A stretch of DNA of 57,846 nt from a virus (IMGVR_UViG_3300009467_000016:1-57846); one strand, 5' to 3'. Shown: positions 1 to 8,549, counted from the stretch's first letter. Notes: a model not told the origin generated them from the sequence alone. Translations and numbers: made by a program.

Positions 1-112
1 ACCACTAGACAATAAGTCTTGGTAAGCAGCTAGGCAATACCCTTGAACCTTTAAAGCACCGACAGGTACAGACTCTACAGCACCAGCACTACCCTGCTTC
101 TTATCGTCAGCC
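1..112. repeat. Terminal direct repeat copy 1 (circular assembly overlap)
   Basis: 1-112 identical to 57735-57846; thyX reading frame continues across the junction. Confidence 0.95.
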
Positions 113-456
113 CTACCACGCCATACATCAGGCTCATAGAACTCAGGCTTATCATCCACATACCTACGACTGATCTCATTCCAACGTAAAAACTTATGCT
201 TGACCAACTGCCTAGCTGCAAAGATAGGTGCCTTGACATGAAACGAAACAAAGGCATGACCAAAAGGTGACATGTGTCTGTGCTTGGCTAGGTACTTGAT
301 TAACTTCTTGTCAGGGTCATTGAGGATAGGTGTCATAGTCTCACCCACTATGCCCGATGTACCAAGTGCCTCACTCTTCTTACCAAAGCTAACACGTGCT
401 GCATTGACTACAGACAGGTCACTGCCCATGTGGTCTATGTATGTTACATCAATCAT
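1..456 (-). CDS. thyX: FAD-dependent thymidylate synthase ThyX, 5' part (spans the circular junction; not in ORF track)
   Basis: Manual translation from ATG at 456: MIDVTYIDHMGSDLSVVNAARVSFGK...HMSPFGH...APIFAARQLVKHKFLRWNEISRRYV, ThyX motifs. Confidence 0.93.
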   Translation of the reverse strand, partial: MIDVTYIDHMGSDLSVVNAARVSFGKKSEALGTSGIVGETMTPILNDPDKKLIKYLAKHRHMSPFGHAFVSFHVKAPIFAARQLVKHKFLRWNEISRRYVDDKPEFYEPDVWRGRADDKKQGSAGAVESVPVGALKVQGYCLAAYQDLLSSG

Positions 457-457
457 C

Positions 458-838
458 TTATTTATCCTTTACGTAGTTCTCAACAAAGTGCGTAGCAGAC
501 TTAGACAGGTAAACTTTAACAGACCGCCAAGAAACCCTTCCCCCGTCTGGATTTATTTTAGAACTCCATTTGCCTGTCAACAAATAGTATCTAAAAGTTT
601 TGTCACCCTCTTGTATATATACGCAGCCATTACCCAATGTAACGTAGTCAATACCTGCGTCCAATATTTCTTTCATTATCTTTAGCCTCCGTAACTCTCT
701 CTGAGCCGCACCATCAGAATAATCTTTATCATATTTTCTTATCGCTTCAGCTTCAGCTAAAGGTATTTCTTTTTCTATCCATTTGTTTACAGTGTCAATA
801 TCTGCAGTAACTACACTATCTGTATTTTCATCACTCAT
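458..838 (-). CDS. Hypothetical protein
   Basis: 126-aa ORF tightly packed between neighbours on the operon strand. Confidence 0.7.
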   Translation of the reverse strand: MSDENTDSVVTADIDTVNKWIEKEIPLAEAEAIRKYDKDYSDGAAQRELRRLKIMKEILDAGIDYVTLGNGCVYIQEGDKTFRYYLLTGKWSSKINPDGGRVSWRSVKVYLSKSATHFVENYVKDK

Positions 839-1269
839 TAACCTACTCTCCCCACGTACTTAGCTATGTGATGTACAAATGGCAACAGACTTATCGCCAT
901 CAAAAGATTAACACCCGTATGCACCAAGGCAATACGTAACGTGTCACCCCTTGGCATACCGTCAGACACTAGCAGTCCTGCCAGCCAGATAGTCCCTGTA
1001 GTTCCTATGTTGGCACCTAAGACACATGCAATAGCAGCAGGTAGTGGTACTGCACCTGATGCTACCAAGGCAATGATGGCTGTGGTACTGAGGCTACTAC
1101 TCTGCCATGCCAAGGTCATAATGATACCACCAAAGAACATATAGATAGGGTTAGCCATGAACCATTGCAAGTGGTCTATGTTACCCATAGATTTCATGCC
1201 ACCACTAAACATCTTGAGGCCAATGTAAAAAACTACAAGACCAATGGCTGTATATACATAGTTGTTCAT
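838..1269 (-). CDS. Na+/Pi cotransporter family (NptA/SLC34-like) single-repeat membrane protein
   Basis: Hydrophobic 143 aa with QSSS and GANIGTT signature motifs. Confidence 0.85.
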   Translation of the reverse strand: MNNYVYTAIGLVVFYIGLKMFSGGMKSMGNIDHLQWFMANPIYMFFGGIIMTLAWQSSSLSTTAIIALVASGAVPLPAAIACVLGANIGTTGTIWLAGLLVSDGMPRGDTLRIALVHTGVNLLMAISLLPFVHHIAKYVGRVG

Positions 1270-1370
1270 AACTCTACTACCCTCAACGCCCCAACCTCTA
1301 CACCAACTGAAAAGCCTACATAAAACGTAATCACTACCAAGATAGCTAACGGTATAATTCTGTGAGTCAC
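1266..1370 (-). CDS. Small membrane peptide (34 aa, GTG start)
   Basis: MTHRIIPLAILVVITFYVGFSVGVEVGALRVVEL; start and stop overlap both neighbours (GTGA/ATGA). Confidence 0.5.
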   Translation of the reverse strand: MTHRIIPLAILVVITFYVGFSVGVEVGALRVVEL

Positions 1371-1468
1371 GGTGCTGTGCCTTTCCAAATCTTTAGCTGT
1401 GCTTCAAGTTGCTCAATGCGTTTCTTTAACTCGCCAATCTCTCTAAGTAATTCCTCTCTAGCTTTCAT
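1367..1468 (-). CDS. Small coiled-coil peptide (33 aa)
   Basis: MKAREELLREIGELKKRIEQLEAQLKIWKGTAP fills the operon gap. Confidence 0.55.
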   Translation of the reverse strand: MKAREELLREIGELKKRIEQLEAQLKIWKGTAP

Positions 1469-1994
1469 TTGCTACATCCTTTATTGTATTTATAGCTTGT
1501 TCATCAGTCATGCAGAACCACTCACCATTAATACTTTTATCCCAAGCCAAGGAAGCCTTAGTTGCAGCAATCTTGTGAGCCTTGACCTCTGCTTTATTGC
1601 GATCCTCAAAGTGTACAGAATGTATTAACTTGTAGTCTCGCATAGGTGAACTTGTTTGGTAGCTACTAAGCCTATCCTCTGCATCTACTGCCTTTCCTAT
1701 CTTCACCCAATCAGGCCATGCAGGGTTACGAATAGCGTAAACGTAGCCACTCTTTTGCTTTATGTCTTTCTCCAAGGCAGCAAAGGCTGCATCATCAAAG
1801 GACTTGTATCTCCCTGCTTTGTGTAAGGGATGATCAAATGATATATATTTACCGTTTACCCACATCCTACTTTTGTTATGTGATTGCTTACAGGTAGTAC
1901 ACCAGTACTTTTTTATCTTGGCTTGGCTTTCTAAAAAGTTCTCACCTACCTCTAACTTAACAGAACAATGAATACATTTTGCATCAGCTTTCAT
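1458..1994 (-). CDS. T5orf172/GIY-YIG-like nuclease-domain protein with N-terminal Zn finger
   Basis: CxxC...CxxC, then GYVYAI...WVKIGKA...RLSSYQTSSP...GEWF. Confidence 0.75.
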   Translation of the reverse strand: MKADAKCIHCSVKLEVGENFLESQAKIKKYWCTTCKQSHNKSRMWVNGKYISFDHPLHKAGRYKSFDDAAFAALEKDIKQKSGYVYAIRNPAWPDWVKIGKAVDAEDRLSSYQTSSPMRDYKLIHSVHFEDRNKAEVKAHKIAATKASLAWDKSINGEWFCMTDEQAINTIKDVANES

Positions 1995-2121
1995 CTTCTT
2001 TCTCTCCTTTGTGCTTCTTCTTACGAATGGCTGGACGTTTCTTATCAGGTATAACCTTGGGTCTGTACTTGGGGTTCATCAAATCCTTAGCCATAGGATT
2101 AGGTCTTCTCGTCTTGTCCAT
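1984..2121 (-). CDS. Small basic protein (45 aa), ArfA-like motif
   Basis: MDKTRRPNPMAKDLMNPKYRPKVIPDKKRPAIRKKKHKGEKEDES; fills the gap between primase and the next gene. Confidence 0.65.
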   Translation of the reverse strand: MDKTRRPNPMAKDLMNPKYRPKVIPDKKRPAIRKKKHKGEKEDES

Positions 2122-2122
2122 G

Positions 2123-2881
2123 TCATAGGAACTCCTTCAACTGCTCAATGTCGGACTCTACACGATACTTTATGTCATCGTCAAGCCTTAATGCAATAGT
2201 GCCAACACCCGTCCATGCCTCTATCTCTTGTCTGAAACGCAAGGTCTTGTGTGCAGCATCAGGGTCTAACGCTACGATAACCTGAGAATAATTACCCAAC
2301 TGTTCCATATGTGCAACACTTAAAGACGTACCAAGGATAGCCATACCTGTAAAACCTAGCTTGGCTACAGTGATAGCACTGATAACATCCTCAACTACAA
2401 CCACAGTGTCACCTGTACCTGCAAGGAAGTAGTTAGCCTTGCCAGTGTAGCGCAACCACTTAGGTTCTGCACCAGCTAAAGCCCTACCTACAGCATCAAG
2501 CATCACCCCATTGTTAAAGATAGGAAACACTGCACGTCTATCCTTGAGGTCATACATCAAGCCTTGGTCATGTAAGTCCCACTTATCCCTGAACGCATCA
2601 AGACCACTACCACTAGGCACAACATACTCAGGTAGCACCATAGCCTCAACCTTGGGCTTAGGCTTGTCTTGCTCTATCTCTTGCATCCTAGCCTGTATGT
2701 CAGCAGCAGTCATACCTACAGTGTGAACGCCACTGATCTTACACCCTAGCTTGTAGCAGTTATACAAGACAGCACCGCCTGACTTGTTAGCTGTGAAGGT
2801 ATTCTTACCACCACAATCAGGGCAATCACCTCTTACAGTGTCGCCCTCCCCTAAGTCTAAGTCTTCTATGTACTTATCCAT
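2123..2881 (-). CDS. DNA primase (Zn finger + TOPRIM)
   Basis: CPDC...C..C zinc motif; VVVEDVISA and ALDPDA TOPRIM motifs. Confidence 0.9.
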   Translation of the reverse strand: MDKYIEDLDLGEGDTVRGDCPDCGGKNTFTANKSGGAVLYNCYKLGCKISGVHTVGMTAADIQARMQEIEQDKPKPKVEAMVLPEYVVPSGSGLDAFRDKWDLHDQGLMYDLKDRRAVFPIFNNGVMLDAVGRALAGAEPKWLRYTGKANYFLAGTGDTVVVVEDVISAITVAKLGFTGMAILGTSLSVAHMEQLGNYSQVIVALDPDAAHKTLRFRQEIEAWTGVGTIALRLDDDIKYRVESDIEQLKEFL

Positions 2882-3807
2882 TATATCAAATCATCCTCTC
2901 TGTTGGATAGTGCCTTGGTAGCACCAGCCAATGTATTAACCAAGTAAGGCATCACACTCTGAGGGCTACTGTGTCCACTTACCTGCATGATACCCACAAC
3001 ATCAACGCCACGCTCCACCATCTGTGTGATAGCTGTACGGCGTAAGTCCATAGCTGTCAACTCCTTGGGTAAGCCAGCAGCCTCTTTGACGCTGTTAACT
3101 AATCCGCAAATCTCAACATCATCGTAGGGCGTGTATGCCCCAGCCCTAGCCCTAACTCTAGGGGCTACGTAGGGTAGGAACCCAAAGTCTTGCTTCTGTT
3201 GTCTAAGCATAGGCAGCAAGCCACCCTGTACAGGCAGGTGAACATCTTCACCACGTTTGCTTTGCTCTAGGTTTAGTACGCCTTTGTCTAAGTCTAATGC
3301 TCCCCACTCAAGTAAACGCATGTCACCGATACGCTGCGCCCAATGGAAAGCCATATGCACAATCAAGCCAATGCTGCGCCACTCCCAGTTGTTGTACGCT
3401 GTGTCAAGAAACTGTTTGACTTGAGGTGTAGTCCACTTGATCTTGCGGGGCTTGGCCTTGGCCCTTTGGATGAGCGACACAGGGTTTGATAGTAGTACCT
3501 CATGTCTTCTAGCTGTGTTAAGCACAATGCTTAGACAGGTAGCTATGTAGTTAGCTGCCCTTACACCGTGCTTAACTTGCCAGTAGTCGTAACCTACAGT
3601 CACATTAGAAAACTGTAGGTCTTTTAGTTTAATGTTACCTAAGAACTTACCACCTTGCACAGGGGTAACACAGGCAAACTCAAGGTTACGTTCATAGTCA
3701 TACTGTGACTTGCCACCCAAAGCTGAGAACTTAGGTGTACGCATATAGAAGTCACAGGCTTTGCGTATAGTGTGTGTACTTTTAAGTTCTTCTTGTTTAG
3801 GTGGCAT
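2881..3807 (-). CDS. int: Tyrosine recombinase/integrase
   Basis: Catalytic pattern R (AQRIGDM), K (QSKRG), xxLRR (MDLRRTA), H (SGHSS), Y (MPY). Confidence 0.9.
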   Translation of the reverse strand: MPPKQEELKSTHTIRKACDFYMRTPKFSALGGKSQYDYERNLEFACVTPVQGGKFLGNIKLKDLQFSNVTVGYDYWQVKHGVRAANYIATCLSIVLNTARRHEVLLSNPVSLIQRAKAKPRKIKWTTPQVKQFLDTAYNNWEWRSIGLIVHMAFHWAQRIGDMRLLEWGALDLDKGVLNLEQSKRGEDVHLPVQGGLLPMLRQQKQDFGFLPYVAPRVRARAGAYTPYDDVEICGLVNSVKEAAGLPKELTAMDLRRTAITQMVERGVDVVGIMQVSGHSSPQSVMPYLVNTLAGATKALSNREDDLI

Positions 3808-3808
3808 G

Positions 3809-3898
3809 TTACATCATCCCTATGGCTGCACTAACAAAAACGATAGTGATTAGTATGTAGAGTAGAAAGTCACCTACACGCTTAAAAAAGGGGTGCAT
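3809..3898 (-). CDS. Small membrane peptide (29 aa)
   Basis: MHPFFKRVGDFLLYILITIVFVSAAIGMM, GGGAG RBS upstream, abuts integrase start. Confidence 0.45.
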   Translation of the reverse strand: MHPFFKRVGDFLLYILITIVFVSAAIGMM

Positions 3899-4073
3899 AT
3901 AGCTCCCCCTTAGTTATGCATTGATTAACTAGGTATAGCTCTGTGCTGAGTAGGTCAGCCCTGTGCATGTCACCCTCCCACTGTGACTCCTCTACTGCAT
4001 TCATCAACCTCTGCCGTTCTTCTGACAGAGGTGTGAGGTGTTCTAAGTTGTATTGATTGCTTGGCATGTCCAT
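3882..4073 (-). CDS. Hypothetical early protein
   Basis: ORF with GAGGGAG RBS just downstream of a dyad repeat. Confidence 0.7.
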   Translation of the reverse strand: MDMPSNQYNLEHLTPLSEERQRLMNAVEESQWEGDMHRADLLSTELYLVNQCITKGELYAPLF

Positions 4074-4088
4074 TGGTTACTCCCTCAA

Positions 4089-4112
4089 TTAGTGTCGGAC
4101 AATCCGACGTTA
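4089..4112. repeat. Dyad repeat copy 1, TTAGTGTCGGA-CAA-TCCGACGTTA
   Basis: Read directly; intergenic. Confidence 0.95.
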
Positions 4113-4119
4113 TCAACTA

Positions 4120-4500
4120 TTACTTTACGCCACCAACACAGTTACGGCGCATAGTCCAACTAATGTTAATCTCTCCATCAGGATATGAAGTATATGCTTT
4201 CTCTAAGGCATCAACAGTCTCAAGTACTGTTTTCACCTTATCAGCCTCAGTCAGATCATCTGTATAATCAAAGTGCAAAGGCACTACAGCAATAGTATCC
4301 TCCCAATGGTCATGCTTGTAGTAATGCTCACTGCCATCAGCGTGTACTGTAGGGGATGGCATATAACCGTGCTTGTTAGGCTTGGTAGGTTTATCAATCT
4401 CAGTACGCCCATAGCAACTCTCAGTTACAGTAATGATTGCATCATGAAACGAGTAGGTCTGTATCTTGTACAGCATATCGTGTTGCATCTTGGTTCCCAT
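4120..4500 (-). CDS. Hypothetical early protein
   Basis: Start placed at ATG 4500 after a GGAGACT RBS. Confidence 0.7.
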   Translation of the reverse strand: MGTKMQHDMLYKIQTYSFHDAIITVTESCYGRTEIDKPTKPNKHGYMPSPTVHADGSEHYYKHDHWEDTIAVVPLHFDYTDDLTEADKVKTVLETVDALEKAYTSYPDGEINISWTMRRNCVGGVK

Positions 4501-5224
4501 TGGTAGTCTCCTTGTTTGTGTTAGCTGCCATAACAGCGATTGCAAAGCCACGTGGTGTGGCTGATCTGATGTTCTTAGTCTTAGCAGACTTACCGCCTAA
4601 CTTCAAGTGCTGTCGGCTGTGACCTGTCTCAGGCTCAACTGGAACCTTGGGAGGCATCACAAAGCCATTGCCTGTCCATAGGCAAGTCTTCTTAGGGTAG
4701 GCGTCACGGTCTGCAATGTAGTCAGGCCAACGTGGATGCCGTGCGTCATTCTTGGCAATGTAACCACCGTACTCGTAAGGGTGAAACGTATGGTCAGGCT
4801 TGCGCCATTTGGTAGCCAATACAGATACAGGGTTCTCAATGAAGTACGGGCAACCAAGATCATCAAACAGACCAGCACAATCAATGGCGTGTTGTGCAGC
4901 CCTCTGTTGAAACAATGGGTCAGCCTCTGCTTTCTTCTTAAACCACGCTGCCCCTGATACAGCCAGATCAGTACAAACAGGAAAGGCCATACCAAATGCT
5001 ACCTTGCGACCATAGAAACTAAAGAACATATTACTGTAAGTACTAAAGTCATGCAGGTCAGCATGTACATATCGTATTATGCCACCGCTATCAAAATGAT
5101 CTTTGACTACCTTATCTTTAGGATGCTGAATGTCAAAGGCATAGCAAATGTACCCTGCCTCTGCCCAAGGCTTGAGAGCCTCACCTGTGTAGTCGTACAG
5201 ACTGATTACGTGTTGTTTCATCAC
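4442..5224 (-). CDS. Phage C5-cytosine DNA methyltransferase-like protein
   Basis: SLYDYTG (motif I-like), FPVCTD (motif IV-like), IENP (motif VI), KKTCLW, RSATP. Confidence 0.7.
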   Translation of the reverse strand: MMKQHVISLYDYTGEALKPWAEAGYICYAFDIQHPKDKVVKDHFDSGGIIRYVHADLHDFSTYSNMFFSFYGRKVAFGMAFPVCTDLAVSGAAWFKKKAEADPLFQQRAAQHAIDCAGLFDDLGCPYFIENPVSVLATKWRKPDHTFHPYEYGGYIAKNDARHPRWPDYIADRDAYPKKTCLWTGNGFVMPPKVPVEPETGHSRQHLKLGGKSAKTKNIRSATPRGFAIAVMAANTNKETTNGNQDATRYAVQDTDLLVS

Positions 5225-5472
5225 GCTGCCTCAATCATTGCAAAGGGTACGTTGTAGATAGAACCACGCATACGCACCTGTGCTTTCTTTAAGTTAACTT
5301 TCTCAATGATACCTGCAGTACGCTTGGTCTTTTGTACTACCCAAACGTCCTGACCTACCTTGAGGCTAGCCCTACCCTTGAGGGTCTTTAAGTCATGCGC
5401 CAAGTCAATGATCTCATTGAGGTCAGCAGTGTCTAGTGCAAGCATAGCTTGTTTGATGTCAGTCAATTCCAT
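5221..5472 (-). CDS. Hypothetical protein (SH3/KOW-like C-terminus)
   Basis: GGAGACT RBS and own promoter; LKVGQDVWV...GIIEKVN. Confidence 0.75.
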   Translation of the reverse strand: MELTDIKQAMLALDTADLNEIIDLAHDLKTLKGRASLKVGQDVWVVQKTKRTAGIIEKVNLKKAQVRMRGSIYNVPFAMIEAA

Positions 5473-5507
5473 GATGTAGTCTCCTATTAAAGAATGTCCC
5501 TGCCACC

Positions 5508-5536
5508 TGTATAGCAGCAGGGGTAGCCAAAGTCAA
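5508..5536 (-). promoter_or_regulatory. Sigma70-type early promoter
   Basis: TTGACT-N17-TATACA with TGc extended -10. Confidence 0.75.
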
Positions 5537-5539
5537 CAA

Positions 5540-5773
5540 TCAGCCAGCGAAGTGACGCAAGCGGCGAGGGTTAGCCACATGACGATTAGATATCTTCTCA
5601 AGATAAATAGTACGCTTGAAGATATGTAAGGCAGTCATGGTCTTGAGGTGCTGTACACTCAAGCCACGGCTCTTAACCTTACGCTTACGGACGATACCTT
5701 TCTTACCAAGGAAGTTAAACCGAAAACCACTGGTACGGTCATTGAGGGGCTTAGTGGCGATACATGCAAACAT
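5540..5773 (-). CDS. Hypothetical basic early protein
   Basis: 77-aa ORF with GGAGACT RBS downstream of dyad repeat 2. Confidence 0.7.
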   Translation of the reverse strand: MFACIATKPLNDRTSGFRFNFLGKKGIVRKRKVKSRGLSVQHLKTMTALHIFKRTIYLEKISNRHVANPRRLRHFAG

Positions 5774-5800
5774 GAAGAGTCTCCTTATAGGTTTGCTTAG

Positions 5801-5824
5801 TTAGTGTCGGATTGTCCGACGTTA
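5801..5824. repeat. Dyad repeat copy 2 (loop TTG)
   Basis: TTAGTGTCGGATTGTCCGACGTTA; terminal TTA is the TAA stop of the upstream minus-strand gene. Confidence 0.95.
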
Positions 5825-6007
5825 AGTGTAGTCACCCTCGTAAGGGTCATAGTGATCAGGCTCAGAAGGAACGTAGGGTTCCTGTGAATACTTATAGTGC
5901 CACTCAGGGTGCTTGTCAATCAAGTCACCAATCTCAGTGTCGGCAGGGTTATACCCTATTACTTGGATGGTGCCGCACTCATCCCAAAAAATAGCTTCAA
6001 GCATCAT
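5822..6007 (-). CDS. Hypothetical acidic early protein
   Basis: Start placed at ATG 6007 after GGAGA. Confidence 0.65.
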   Translation of the reverse strand: MMLEAIFWDECGTIQVIGYNPADTEIGDLIDKHPEWHYKYSQEPYVPSEPDHYDPYEGDYT

Positions 6008-6368
6008 CAATCTCCACATTGAAGGTAGATATAAAAGGTTTACCTGTGTCACTGTGTAGTGCAAGGTAGGCTATGTCACTCTTATACAAAGGCTCATCGT
6101 CCTTGTCAACAAAGGTAGCAGCCTTGTAAGGATTGTACTTGGCAAGGTTGCCCCTATAGTTAAACAAGGGGATACGCTCTATGAGTTCACCCCTAGCGAA
6201 GGCGTGTACGTTCTTCTTACCCTCACGCAACACCCTAGCACGGCCAGCAGGTTGCACAACATAGGTCACATTCTTGAGCGTGGCGTTGCAAACATGTGCA
6301 ATCACCTTGCCCTTGTGCCGCATAGAGAAAACCTTCTTGTGCAAGTTAAAGTATATCTCAACTCTCAT
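5997..6368 (-). CDS. Conserved phage hypothetical protein
   Basis: YFNLHKKVFS...GRARVLREGKKNVHAF...YNPYK pattern recalled from phage early genes. Confidence 0.75.
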   Translation of the reverse strand: MRVEIYFNLHKKVFSMRHKGKVIAHVCNATLKNVTYVVQPAGRARVLREGKKNVHAFARGELIERIPLFNYRGNLAKYNPYKAATFVDKDDEPLYKSDIAYLALHSDTGKPFISTFNVEIDDA

Positions 6369-6567
6369 CGTCTATCTCCCAAAACATTTCCTGCCAATCA
6401 AAGTCAGTATAACCTGACATTATAAACTCACGCTCAGAGGGTGAAGCATTAGGGAAAGCGTTCTGTGCTAACTCTCCCCGCTCCCATGATGCAATTTGTG
6501 CAGCGGTTACGTCAATCTCTTTGGTGGCAGTGTTACCTGTCAGGGGTGATGTTCTGGTGATCTTCAT
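6358..6567 (-). CDS. Hypothetical early protein
   Basis: GGAGACT RBS; overlapping operon arrangement. Confidence 0.75.
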   Translation of the reverse strand: MKITRTSPLTGNTATKEIDVTAAQIASWERGELAQNAFPNASPSEREFIMSGYTDFDWQEMFWEIDDES

Positions 6568-6724
6568 GATTAGTCTCCATTTTAGTTGGTGTAATATTGT
6601 TATACCAGAAGCGGTTCTCTATGTCAAACAAAGTGAAACTTCTGGTGACTTCTCTTAACCATTTGCTACGCCAAGCTTTATCTGGACGCCTAGCGTAGCG
6701 GTCACGTTTATTTAGGTGAAGCAT
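6533..6724 (-). CDS. Hypothetical protein
   Basis: 63-aa ORF on operon strand immediately after dyad repeat 3; weak RBS. Confidence 0.45.
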   Translation of the reverse strand: MLHLNKRDRYARRPDKAWRSKWLREVTRSFTLFDIENRFWYNNITPTKMETNHEDHQNITPDR

Positions 6725-6892
6725 TTAATAGTTAGTGTCGGATTGTCCGACGTTAAGGGGCTGAACATCTTTATACTCACCAATCTTGTAGTTTGCCAAG
6801 AGCCAGTTAGCAAAATACTCAGCATCATTTTTACTCAAGTGCTGCATGAGTTCACCCATGATTTCACGATGAAGGCGTTGTGTCTTGTTCAT
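6725..6892 (-). CDS. Hypothetical protein whose C-terminus (NVGQSDTN) is encoded by dyad repeat 3
   Basis: Start at ATG 6892 coupled to upstream stop (TAATG). Confidence 0.65.
   Translation of the reverse strand: MNKTQRLHREIMGELMQHLSKNDAEYFANWLLANYKIGEYKDVQPLNVGQSDTNY
6732..6755. repeat. Dyad repeat copy 3 (loop TTG)
   Basis: Read directly. Confidence 0.95.
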
Positions 6893-7053
6893 TATGCAAT
6901 ACTCCATGATACAGCCCACCATTGACCATCAATGGGAAGGTCTAGCGTTTCTCTTTCTTCTTGCGTAAAGGTATCATAAGTTTCTGAACACCAGCCCCAA
7001 CTGTTAGACCAACATAAATTTGCATCCTTTACACATACAATTATCCAATTCAT
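6892..7053 (-). CDS. Small Trp/Cys-rich protein (53 aa; not in ORF track)
   Basis: MNWIIVCVKDANLCWSNSWGWCSETYDTFTQEERETLDLPIDGQWWAVSWSIA; ATGA and TAATG couplings on both sides. Confidence 0.65.
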   Translation of the reverse strand: MNWIIVCVKDANLCWSNSWGWCSETYDTFTQEERETLDLPIDGQWWAVSWSIA

Positions 7054-7247
7054 AGGTTTAGCCCTTCCAATGTAGATTGCAACTCTTTTAGGGTCTCTCT
7101 TAACTGCTCCTCAGCAGTAGCACATCTTTTGTGATTGTCAAAGTCATCCACAATGTTACCTGCCAACGCTCCAAGAGAATCAGCCAAGTGGCTAACCTCA
7201 TGCAACTTGTCCCGCATGTGCAGGGCTTGATCCCAAGTGTCAAACAT
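7050..7247 (-). CDS. Hypothetical early protein
   Basis: AGGAG RBS just downstream of dyad repeat 4. Confidence 0.7.
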   Translation of the reverse strand: MFDTWDQALHMRDKLHEVSHLADSLGALAGNIVDDFDNHKRCATAEEQLRETLKELQSTLEGLNL

Positions 7248-7266
7248 CTGTTTATTCTCCTAGTAA

Positions 7267-7290
7267 TTAGTGTCGGATTGTCCGACGTTA
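7267..7290. repeat. Dyad repeat copy 4 (loop TTG)
   Basis: Read directly; intergenic. Confidence 0.95.
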
Positions 7291-7295
7291 AGTAA

Positions 7296-8042
7296 TCAGT
7301 CTTGCACAAAGCCACTGGTGTCTTTCTTAGCCCTGCCCTTAGCGTATAGGCTCACCATCACACCGTCAGGATCAAGAAACCGCAGGTCATCAGCATCACC
7401 ACTGATAACAGGAACACCCATAAACATGCGAGGTATAACGTCAACACTGCGCCACACTACAGCCATGTTCATGCCCTTATCCATAGCGATCTTGACTTGC
7501 TTGGCGTACAAAGGATTAGCAGTGCTGTAGCTAAAAGTCAAATGGTAGTTCTTGATATGGTCAGTCTTGCGATTGGCAATCTTGGTGTAGTCATACCATT
7601 GCACCTGTGGGAACATATCAAAGATATTGGCAAAGGAACCTATAGGCACACCATACCTAGTATTGTGATTAGATACAGGTATACGTTCCCAACGTATGTC
7701 GGATGTACCGTTGAGCCGAATAACAGGTATCACACCTTGCTTGTCGCAGTACTTGATAAACTTAGTAACATCAACAACAAGTTGCGCCATAAAGCCATCA
7801 CGATCAGCGGCAAACCACGCAGTCTTTTTAGCACGTGCCGCTTGTACTGTGTTCATAGCACCACGCCCTGCAGTGAATAAACAACCGTCAATACAGCCAG
7901 CAATCTCAGCATTGGCACAAACATTGATGCCAGCACTTTTCCAAGGCTGCATATACATAATAGCGGTTTCATACTTGTCACCGTTACCTTTTACTGTTTT
8001 TGCATCAGCACCAGATGCAATTAGCTTACCACGAAAAGCCAT
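7296..8042 (-). CDS. GP88-like protein with Cys cluster (radical-SAM-like)
   Basis: VCANAEIAGCIDGCL, RLNGTSD, YDYTK, GDADDLRFLD motifs. Confidence 0.7.
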   Translation of the reverse strand: MAFRGKLIASGADAKTVKGNGDKYETAIMYMQPWKSAGINVCANAEIAGCIDGCLFTAGRGAMNTVQAARAKKTAWFAADRDGFMAQLVVDVTKFIKYCDKQGVIPVIRLNGTSDIRWERIPVSNHNTRYGVPIGSFANIFDMFPQVQWYDYTKIANRKTDHIKNYHLTFSYSTANPLYAKQVKIAMDKGMNMAVVWRSVDVIPRMFMGVPVISGDADDLRFLDPDGVMVSLYAKGRAKKDTSGFVQD

Positions 8043-8061
8043 ATATTTAGTCTCCATATAT

Positions 8062-8085
8062 TTAGTGTCGGATTATCCGACGTTA
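8062..8085. repeat. Dyad repeat copy 5 (loop TTA)
   Basis: Loop supplies the TAA stop of the upstream gene. Confidence 0.95.
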
Positions 8086-8504
8086 GCATACTCTAGGTCA
8101 CAATCGTTAGCCAAGTCAATTAAGTATGGCTTAACTACTTCATACCAGTTATGTTCGCCTATGTCAAATCCATCACTGTGATCGTCATGAATAAGTTGAA
8201 GCTTGTACAATAATCTACCTTGCTCATAGCTTAAAGCCTCAACACCCATAGATGCAGCCACAGCGTTAAGCACAGGTTGCACACCGCAAGAGCGATTAAA
8301 AGTTGAATATTCCAAAACACCCTTGCCCTCAAAGGTATGCTTGTAGTGTTCATCATCAATAAATGCACCAACAATGCACTTGTTACCCTCATGGCCCCTG
8401 TAAGCACAATCTGAACCACCGTATTCACTAGGTGTACTCATAGAAGGCTTTTCCATTTGAGCAAAGTGAGCGATTGCCTTATCAAACATTTCTTGAAGTG
8501 TCAT
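8073..8504 (-). CDS. Hypothetical early protein
   Basis: CAYRG...KCIVG...LQLIHD pattern; GGAGACT RBS. Confidence 0.75.
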   Translation of the reverse strand: MTLQEMFDKAIAHFAQMEKPSMSTPSEYGGSDCAYRGHEGNKCIVGAFIDDEHYKHTFEGKGVLEYSTFNRSCGVQPVLNAVAASMGVEALSYEQGRLLYKLQLIHDDHSDGFDIGEHNWYEVVKPYLIDLANDCDLEYANVG

Positions 8505-8525
8505 AGTTTTAGTCTCCACATAAAA

Positions 8526-8549
8526 TTAGTGTCGGATTATCCGACGTTA
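8526..8549. repeat. Dyad repeat copy 6 (loop TTA)
   Basis: Between promoter 8588-8616 and RBS. Confidence 0.95.

Noticed and set aside
1-112. Biological direct terminal repeats
   Set aside because: The repeat falls in the middle of thyX, as expected for an assembler overlap of a circular contig
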